Below, piece by piece: positions 8,611 through 15,443 of a DNA stretch of 64,000 nucleotides (its first letter is position 1; each line of letters opens with the position of its first letter). The stretch is from Bacteroidales bacterium (GTDB taxonomy: Bacteria > Bacteroidota > Bacteroidia > Bacteroidales > FEN-979): positions 51,564 to 115,563 of the forward strand of contig JANXZO010000075.1 in NCBI GenBank assembly GCA_025355465.1, read 5' to 3'. The notes under the pieces were generated by a model that had not been told where the DNA came from, did no database searches, and worked only from the letters and a program-made list of their open reading frames with translations. Both the position numbers and the translations under genes were made by a program.

Positions 8611-9240
8611 TTATTTGTTATGACAGGTCAGGCAAAGCGCACTGGCTGCATTGGTCTTCAGCAGCAGATGAGCAATACCTGTACTGTTGTGCACATCGTG
8701 GCAGGATGCACACTCCATTTTGTTGTTGAACAACATGGTGTTGGTGATGGTTCCCGAACCAATGCCCGAAGGATGGGTGGTCGGATTCCAGAGACCAGGG
8801 TCAGCCGCGGCAAGGGCAGCATCGTAAACAAAGGAGATCGGATGATCATTCCTCAGGTCGTTCCCCAGGTTATTGACGCCCGAAATATAATGGGTTCCGT
8901 TTGTTGTTTGACTGAAATTTTCCAGCGCCACCGTGCCGTCGTGACAGCTCAGACAAAGTTTGGAACTTCCGCTTGGCTGGGTGATCGTTGAGGCTCCGTT
9001 GAAAGTCGGACTTGTGTAGAGCTGGAAAGTAGCAATCGTGAGCTGGTGGTTCCACAGCGGTGCATCAGGTACGCTGATGTTTGCATTGTGAGGAGTGTGA
9101 CAGCAAATGCAGATCTCCCCGGTGGTATTCCAGGATTGTGTTGAAAAATCGTGTGAGGAACCTACAATTGTTTGCCCCAAACCAACATTGGCCAAAAGAA
9201 GAAGTGAAGTCAATGCCGTCAGTAGTTTCGTGATTTTCAT
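8611..9240 (-). CDS. omcE: OmcE-like tetraheme cytochrome c (putative cytochrome nanowire subunit)
   Basis: Signal peptide; HDFS...ICxxCHTPHNA...PLWN...F.LY.S...S.LCLSCHDG...NLG.DL.NDHP..F...ECxSCH.VH...L...S.LCL.CH, the motif order I recall for Geobacter OmcE; 4 CxxCH + 4 spare His. Confidence 0.82.
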   Translation of the reverse strand: MKITKLLTALTSLLLLANVGLGQTIVGSSHDFSTQSWNTTGEICICCHTPHNANISVPDAPLWNHQLTIATFQLYTSPTFNGASTITQPSGSSKLCLSCHDGTVALENFSQTTNGTHYISGVNNLGNDLRNDHPISFVYDAALAAADPGLWNPTTHPSGIGSGTITNTMLFNNKMECASCHDVHNSTGIAHLLLKTNAASALCLTCHNK

Positions 9241-9329
9241 AATGTGTGTCGTTTGTTAAAGAGTTTGATTAATGGTTAAGTTTAATTCAAATGCGCAACG
9301 GGAAAATTTAAATTTTTGGTACGGCTTTC

Positions 9330-9344
9330 CCAAATACCATACCA
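9330..9344 (-). promoter_or_regulatory. Candidate sigma54 (-24/-12) promoter of the omcE-like operon
   Basis: Minus strand TGGTATGGTATTTGG (GG-N10-GG, non-canonical -12), ~90 nt upstream of ATG; adjacent sigma54 activator gene. Confidence 0.45.
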
Positions 9345-9539
9345 CAAACAACCTAAATCGGAGATAGTTGCCTGGAGGTGAACTATTTTTGCCCGGATTA
9401 AGTACAAATAGTCATATAACAAATGATGTATATGTCATATAATCAAAGTCATACAACTCCTGCGGTGGGATCTATTCCTGAATGAGGAAGGTTGGTTGTT
9501 TGCGGGGAAGAATCTGACGATAAAAGGGTGTTTCGGGAG

Positions 9540-9581
9540 TTGGGTCAAATAACCCAGTTGTGGATGGGTTATTTGACCCAA
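9540..9581. promoter_or_regulatory. 17-bp perfect inverted repeat made of two TGGGT-N6-ACCCA dyads (candidate enhancer/UAS and/or terminator)
   Basis: TTGGGTCAAATAACCCA-GTTGTGGA-TGGGTTATTTGACCCAA. Confidence 0.6.
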
Positions 9582-9587
9582 TTTTGA

Positions 9588-10967
9588 TCAGAGTTTGTAT
9601 TTTTTCATCTTATACCGGAGGGTGTCGCGGGTAATTCCCAGTATTTTGGCTGCCTTGGTCTGGTTGTGTTCAGCTTTGTTGAGCGATTCGATGATGGTTT
9701 GCTTCTCCAGGTCATAGAGTGACGAGCCCTCAGCCATGCTCCTGACCAGTTCCGCCGAAGGAATTAGCGGATGGGCCGGGTCGCTGTGTAGTTTTACGAT
9801 CTCAGCCGGCAGGTTTTCCACCTGAACTACATCATGGGTCTCAAGAATAACAGCCCTTTCAATGACGTTACGCAGCTCACGGATATTTCCGGGCCAGGAA
9901 TATTTCTCGAGCAGATGCTTGGCATCCGGGTCAATCAACCGGATACTCTTCCTGAACTGGTTGTTGAAATGTGCCAGAAAATGGTCTGAAAGCAGTGAAA
10001 TGTCCTCCGGATGTTCGCGCAATGGCGGGATCATGATCTGAAAAACAGTAAGCCGGTAGAACAGATCTTCCCGGAATGTTTTATCTTCAATGGAACGCTT
10101 AAGATCTTTGTTTGTGGCGGCAATGATACGTATATCAACCGGGATGTCCGCAGTGCCGCTAAGTCTGCGGATGACCCTGTTCTCAATCACCCCCAGCAGT
10201 TTCACCTGGGTTACCATGTTGATCTCGCCAATCTCATCCAGAAATACCGTACCTCCCTCAGCCATCTCGAACAACCCTTTCTTCAGCTTCTTTGCATCGG
10301 TAAAGGCTCCCTGCTCATGGCCAAAGAGTTCACTCTCCAGCAGTGTTTCCGGCAAAGAGGCGCAATTGATGGTAACGAAAGGTTTGTTGCTGCGGTTACT
10401 TTCGTTGTGAATCGCCCTGGCAAACAGATCTTTCCCCGTACCGCTTTCTCCCAGCAACAACACCGTGGTCGTGTTGATCCTGGCGATTTTGTTGGATAGC
10501 TGGATGATCTTGCGGATCACGGGGGAACGGCCAACAATATGGTCGAAGGTCACCTTGTCCTTGTGTTGCCGGCGAAGCAACTGTACCTCGTTGCTAATGC
10601 TGATTTTTTCGCGGATACTGTCGATGATCGCATAGATCTCCTTGAAGGAAAACGGTTTGTTCACATACTCCTGAGCGCCGAGTTTCATCGCCTTCACCGC
10701 CGTGTCGATGGAGCCGTAAGCGGTCATAAAAACGATGTTGGTGTCTTCGTTCATACTACGGATCCTGGAGATGACTTCCAGCCCCTGCATGCCCGGCAGC
10801 TTATTGTCGACAAAGGCGACATCAGGAACCTCCGATTCGCACAACTGAAGCCCCTCTTCACCACTCTCCGCAGTGAAGACAGTGTATCCCAAAGTCCTCA
10901 GTTTTTTCTCAAACGACCAGCGTATCAGCTGTTCATCGTCGATCACAAGAATTTTCAGTGGTTGCAT
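9588..10967 (-). CDS. Sigma54-dependent response regulator (NtrC/AtoC family)
   Basis: REC (DDE, D-phosphoacceptor, KPF), GESGTGKD, ESELFGH, GAFTDA loop, FLDEIG, FREDLFYRL, WPGNIREL, Fis-type HTH. Confidence 0.96.
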   Translation of the reverse strand: MQPLKILVIDDEQLIRWSFEKKLRTLGYTVFTAESGEEGLQLCESEVPDVAFVDNKLPGMQGLEVISRIRSMNEDTNIVFMTAYGSIDTAVKAMKLGAQEYVNKPFSFKEIYAIIDSIREKISISNEVQLLRRQHKDKVTFDHIVGRSPVIRKIIQLSNKIARINTTTVLLLGESGTGKDLFARAIHNESNRSNKPFVTINCASLPETLLESELFGHEQGAFTDAKKLKKGLFEMAEGGTVFLDEIGEINMVTQVKLLGVIENRVIRRLSGTADIPVDIRIIAATNKDLKRSIEDKTFREDLFYRLTVFQIMIPPLREHPEDISLLSDHFLAHFNNQFRKSIRLIDPDAKHLLEKYSWPGNIRELRNVIERAVILETHDVVQVENLPAEIVKLHSDPAHPLIPSAELVRSMAEGSSLYDLEKQTIIESLNKAEHNQTKAAKILGITRDTLRYKMKKYKL

Positions 10968-11000
10968 CGAAACGTCTAACTTATTTCAGCCAATGCGAAT

Positions 11001-12458
11001 TTATAAATTTGCCGGCAGCGTGATGAAGAAAGTACATCCTTTGTCGGGGTTATTTTCCACCCTGATCTCCCCCTGGTGCATTTCAATGATCTCCTTTGCA
11101 ATAGCCAGCCCCAATCCTGTACCCTGGGTCCTTGTCGTGTAAAAAGGCTTGAAGATATTTTGCAGCTTATCCACGGGGATGCCAATTCCCGTATCCCTGA
11201 CCGTGATCTGCACCGCCTTCTCTGCGGGCAACAACGCCGTGGTATACGTAATGACCCCCTTTTCATCCGAAGCCTGCATGGCATTCAGCCCCAGGTTCAG
11301 CAACACGTTCTCCACCTGTTCCGGATCGAAGAAAAAGCCGGGAATATCCTTACTCAATTCAACCCTGAAGGTAATATTTTTTTTAACACCCTGGTTCTCA
11401 AGAAAAAAAACAACCGACCTCACGATCTCATTGATGTCGGCCTCCTGTGTGTTCAGATCCTTCGACCGGGAGTAATTTAAAAGGTTTGAAACGGCCTTGT
11501 TCACCCGGTTTGCCTGTCGCTGTATCTCTTCCAGCACAGGCTTGTTCTCCGTGTCTTTGGTCTCATCGATGATGATTTCAATGGCATTGGCAATCCCTGT
11601 GATGGGGTTGCGGATCTCGTGGGCCAACCGGGCCGACATCTCCCCGATGGTGGCCAGCTTCTGCGTATTCCTGATCTCCTGCTGATGATAACGCTGGAGC
11701 TCCTTCTGGGTCTGCTGGAACTGCCCCACCATCTCATTGAAACTCTTGCCAAGTTTGCCCAGCTCCGTTGACTTGGGGATCCTGATCCGTTCATCAAGGT
11801 TCCCCTGGTTGATGAGGTTCATGGCAGACTGGAACTGTGTTAGCGATTTCCGCACGATCTTATAATGCAAAACCAGCACAAAACCCATGATCAGGAGGAT
11901 CATAAGAATGGTAAACACCAAACTGAACTGGCGGGTAAAGGCCAGGGTGTCTTCCGGCGAATGCATCGAATAATCAACGCCGATGTATCCCAGAATGGGC
12001 TTGTTCTGCTCATGGCAGGCGTGACACGACGGACCATTTTTCATCCGGATAATCGCCCGCGAAAAGGGAACCGGCAGGTCTTTGTAGATCCTCACAGTTA
12101 CATCGTTGGGGACGGATGCAAGTCTTTTAATGTTCAGGGTATCGAAATCCTTTTTACGGATGCCGTCAGGGTAAAGTACATTGCCGTCGGCATCAATCAG
12201 ATAGGAATGGAGCACCTGTCCGCTTTTGTCGAGTTGGCGAAGTACAGGTTTAATCACCCTGCCATCGTGAACCGCCACGATCTGCTCCTTCATCAGGCGG
12301 AGAACCGACATGATATCCTCCTCTGCATTCTGGTATATTTTCTTACTCAGATAATAGTGATAGGTATAAAACGAAAGAAAGGACATCACGGTGATTACGA
12401 CAATGAGCGTGGCCACAATGCGAAACCGGAAGGAGCTGAAATTGATCTCTATTTTCAT
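11001..12458 (-). CDS. HAMP sensor histidine kinase with periplasmic heme c motif
   Basis: Two TM helices flanking a periplasmic domain with CHACH (12012-12026); HAMP; H-box LAHEIRNP; N, D(DTGIG), F, G(GTGLGL) boxes. Confidence 0.93.
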   Translation of the reverse strand: MKIEINFSSFRFRIVATLIVVITVMSFLSFYTYHYYLSKKIYQNAEEDIMSVLRLMKEQIVAVHDGRVIKPVLRQLDKSGQVLHSYLIDADGNVLYPDGIRKKDFDTLNIKRLASVPNDVTVRIYKDLPVPFSRAIIRMKNGPSCHACHEQNKPILGYIGVDYSMHSPEDTLAFTRQFSLVFTILMILLIMGFVLVLHYKIVRKSLTQFQSAMNLINQGNLDERIRIPKSTELGKLGKSFNEMVGQFQQTQKELQRYHQQEIRNTQKLATIGEMSARLAHEIRNPITGIANAIEIIIDETKDTENKPVLEEIQRQANRVNKAVSNLLNYSRSKDLNTQEADINEIVRSVVFFLENQGVKKNITFRVELSKDIPGFFFDPEQVENVLLNLGLNAMQASDEKGVITYTTALLPAEKAVQITVRDTGIGIPVDKLQNIFKPFYTTRTQGTGLGLAIAKEIIEMHQGEIRVENNPDKGCTFFITLPANL

Positions 12459-12488
12459 TCAAACTCTGGTTAACAGGATCTTGTTAAA

Positions 12489-14168
12489 TCAATAGGTTTC
12501 CGGATTGTGATTAAAACCATGACAGGTCAAACGGCAACTGCCATGTCTCACTCCGGTATCGGTGAACTGAATGATTCCTCCCGAAGGGGTAACGATGCCG
12601 GTTCTGAAGTTGATGAGGTTGGAGTTGTTGGTCAGGGTTCCCGGACTGCCGATGCCATGGGCGTCGTGACAAACGTTACAGGGGGCTTTCTCGTCAACGA
12701 TGTGTAGCCGGTGTTCCGGGAAGGTATTGATATTGTTGATGATGTTGTTCCTGTTATGACAGGAATAGCAGAGCGCATAAGCTGCAGCGGTCTCTGTGGT
12801 ATTGTCGGTGGTGATATACTGCTGTTTGAGAATGCGCGGGTAAATTGAGCCATGGGGACCTTTGGGAGAGCCCGTGCCGTCGCTGGCATGACATGCGGTG
12901 CAATACAGAACGGTGGAGGCTGTGTTGGGGGCAATCAGGTTCCCGGTAATTTCGGTGTTGTTGCGGGGTCCCACCACCGGATGAAAGGATGGATTGGTGG
13001 TGGCGAATTCGAGTCGCACGTTGCCCTGTACGATTACCCGGGGCGTAGCCGGGGGCGACATGCCCGGGGTGTTGGTATGGCAGCGGTAACAGATCTCGTA
13101 CTCGTAGAGGGCCGGGTTCACAGGATTTCCGGCCTGGTTGATTCCCTTCAACCCGATCATAAAGCCGTTTACATTGGGGGCTACGGCTGCTGTGTTGTTC
13201 GTTTGGTGTGCATTGTGGCAATCAACACACTCCACGTGGTTGGTAGCCACCAGGGAATTTTCCACCGGGTCGTGGATGCCGGTATACCCATAAACATTAT
13301 GCTTGTACGTTTTTGCAAACTGCGCCTGGATGTTCTTACCGGCCACATTCCCGTTGTGACAATCGAGGCAGTTGTTCTCCTCCGGCTGGAAGTCCATCAA
13401 CCTGAGTTTTCCTCCCGCAGAATGAGGGTTATGACAATTTTCGCAGCCATTCTGAGCCACCGTCGTATAGGCAGTGTGGAACCATGGGTCGGGAGCCACG
13501 CCGTTCCATGTTGCCGTGGAGTTGCGGTGACTGCCGCCGGCCCAGTTTGTGGGCGTATGGCAGGTAAGACAAAGGTTCGACGACTGGGTGGTGGCCACCA
13601 GGAAGGCAGAAAAGTTGTTTTTATGGGGGTCGTGGCAGGAGGTGCATTGTAGCTTTCCGTTCCATAACTTCACAGGGCCCGTGAGGCTGGCAGGGTTTAC
13701 CAGCTGTCCGTCGGCCGCTGCCAGGGCTGCATCATACAGAAAGGAAATGGGGTGATCGTTGGAGATGTCCTTGGTGAGATTGCTGACCCCGGTTGGCATG
13801 GTGGTAACCCCGCCGGCCATGGTGATTGGTGCGCCACGGCTGATGACGCTGCCAAGGGCAATGGTTCCGTCGTGGCACGAGAGACATAAAATCGAGGCTC
13901 CGTCGGGTTGCCCCAGGGTGGCCTGGGTGGTGGAACTGGTGTACAGGGTGTAGGTGAGCCCCGGGTCGAGCCGGTTCCACAGGGGCTGGTCAGGCCGGCC
14001 GTTGTGCGGGGCATGGCAAAAGATACAGATCTCCTGTTCGGTGGTGGCTTTGATCGTGCCGGGACCGGTTACCGAAAGGTTATGCTTGGTCGAAACAATC
14101 GTTTGTGCACTGATGGACAGCGGTATGGTGAGCATCAGCAAAGAGCTGAATTTAATACGTTTTAACAT
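12489..14168 (-). CDS. Multiheme cytochrome c (11 CxxCH + 1 CxxxCH) with N-terminal OmcE-like tetraheme module
   Basis: CIFCH, CLSCH, CTSCH, CLTCH (OmcE-like part: KHNLS, PLWN, NDHPISF), then CENCH, CLDCH, CVDCH, CYRCH, CTACH, CYSCH, CNVCH, CRLTCH. Confidence 0.93.
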   Translation of the reverse strand: MLKRIKFSSLLMLTIPLSISAQTIVSTKHNLSVTGPGTIKATTEQEICIFCHAPHNGRPDQPLWNRLDPGLTYTLYTSSTTQATLGQPDGASILCLSCHDGTIALGSVISRGAPITMAGGVTTMPTGVSNLTKDISNDHPISFLYDAALAAADGQLVNPASLTGPVKLWNGKLQCTSCHDPHKNNFSAFLVATTQSSNLCLTCHTPTNWAGGSHRNSTATWNGVAPDPWFHTAYTTVAQNGCENCHNPHSAGGKLRLMDFQPEENNCLDCHNGNVAGKNIQAQFAKTYKHNVYGYTGIHDPVENSLVATNHVECVDCHNAHQTNNTAAVAPNVNGFMIGLKGINQAGNPVNPALYEYEICYRCHTNTPGMSPPATPRVIVQGNVRLEFATTNPSFHPVVGPRNNTEITGNLIAPNTASTVLYCTACHASDGTGSPKGPHGSIYPRILKQQYITTDNTTETAAAYALCYSCHNRNNIINNINTFPEHRLHIVDEKAPCNVCHDAHGIGSPGTLTNNSNLINFRTGIVTPSGGIIQFTDTGVRHGSCRLTCHGFNHNPETY

Positions 14169-15179
14169 TTATTTATCTCCTCCGTTCATGAGTTGAAAAA
14201 CCTGAATTCGTGAATTGTAGCTATCCGCAACATAGATCCTGTCGCGGTTGTCGATGAAAATGCCCGAAGGCATCCAGAACTCTCCTTTGCCTTGTCCACG
14301 GGTACCGAAGGCGTAAAGCAGCCTGCCCTGCCGGTTAAAGATCTGCACGGCGCTAAAGATCGCATCGGCAATGTAAATATTGCCATACGAATCGGTGGCA
14401 ATTCCTTTGGGTCGCGCAAAATCACCGCTGCCGTCGCCGGCTTTGCCAAACTGGGAGATGAATTCGCCCTCCGGCGAAAAGATCTGCACCCTGAAATTCA
14501 TGGCATCCACAACGTACACCAGTCCCTGTTTGTCGATCCACAACGCCGCGGGGTAGTTGAATTCGCCAGGGGCATTACCTCTTTTTCCGAATCTTTTAAC
14601 CAACCTCCCTTTTTCGTCCAGCACCGTGATCCTGTGGGCATTCGTCTCCACCAGCCAGATCAGCCGTTCCGAAGGTACCCAAACGATCCCGGTAGGCCTG
14701 CCGAACGTGGAGTCGCTTAACAGACTCAGCGATTTTTTCTCCGGGTTGACCACAAAGATCTTGTTGTGGTAAGAGTCGGTGAAAAGGATGCTGTTCTCCC
14801 TGAACCGGCTGATGCCGACAAGGGAAGGAAAGGTTTTGTACTGCCTGGATTTAAATTGGGTTATTTCACCCACTTTGTCCTTTACCTTGAAGATCACGCC
14901 ATTTTCCTGGTCAAGGATAAAGCTGGTCACCGAATCTTTAACCACCAATGCAACAGGCCGGGTCAGCTCCAATGAATTTTTTCTTCCGAGGATAAAATCG
15001 GCAATACGGGTGCCTAAGCTGCGTTTGGGCTTCACTCCCGTGGTAGCCGGATATTGCCCGATCCATTCAATATAGGGCGCAGATGCTGTGTGCTTTACGA
15101 TGTCCTGGGCCCTTGCGGGAACCCCCGGCAAAATGGTTGCAAAGAGTAAGGAAATAAGTAAGATCCGCTTAAGATGCAT
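14169..15179 (-). CDS. NHL-repeat beta-propeller protein (exported)
   Basis: Signal peptide ARA-QD; NHL units GEFNYP, GDFARPKGIATDSYGNIYIAD, GEFWMPSGIFID..DRIYVADSYNSRIQVF; probable start 15179. Confidence 0.9.
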   Translation of the reverse strand: MHLKRILLISLLFATILPGVPARAQDIVKHTASAPYIEWIGQYPATTGVKPKRSLGTRIADFILGRKNSLELTRPVALVVKDSVTSFILDQENGVIFKVKDKVGEITQFKSRQYKTFPSLVGISRFRENSILFTDSYHNKIFVVNPEKKSLSLLSDSTFGRPTGIVWVPSERLIWLVETNAHRITVLDEKGRLVKRFGKRGNAPGEFNYPAALWIDKQGLVYVVDAMNFRVQIFSPEGEFISQFGKAGDGSGDFARPKGIATDSYGNIYIADAIFSAVQIFNRQGRLLYAFGTRGQGKGEFWMPSGIFIDNRDRIYVADSYNSRIQVFQLMNGGDK

Positions 15180-15266
15180 GAAGGTCCTGATTGTGGAATT
15201 TAACAGCTGCGCAACAACGTGGTACAAAACCAATTTTCATCAAAGTTAAGATTTCGGCAGCATTAC

Positions 15267-15282
15267 TCAAATTTAGTGCCAA
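15267..15282 (-). promoter_or_regulatory. Candidate sigma54 (-24/-12) promoter of the NHL-cytochrome-HK-RR operon
   Basis: Minus strand TTGGCACTAAATTTGA: canonical TGGCAC -24 box, TTGA at -12, ~88 nt upstream of ATG 15179. Confidence 0.65.
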
Positions 15283-15443
15283 AAGGTACCTCAGCGAAAC
15301 AGCGAAGCAGCGAAACAGGAAAAGTTTATTATTCGTCAGTCCGGATTATCCGGGATTGTGGTTTGATATTTGTAAGGTGCGGCGGCAGTTATACAATATT
15401 TCTGCTTCTTTTTCGTAAACTTATCCGGACCAATTCTAAAAAT

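Noticed and set aside
9316..9332. Plus-strand TTGGTACG as a sigma54 -24 box
   Set aside because: No TTG at -12 and no plus-strand gene downstream
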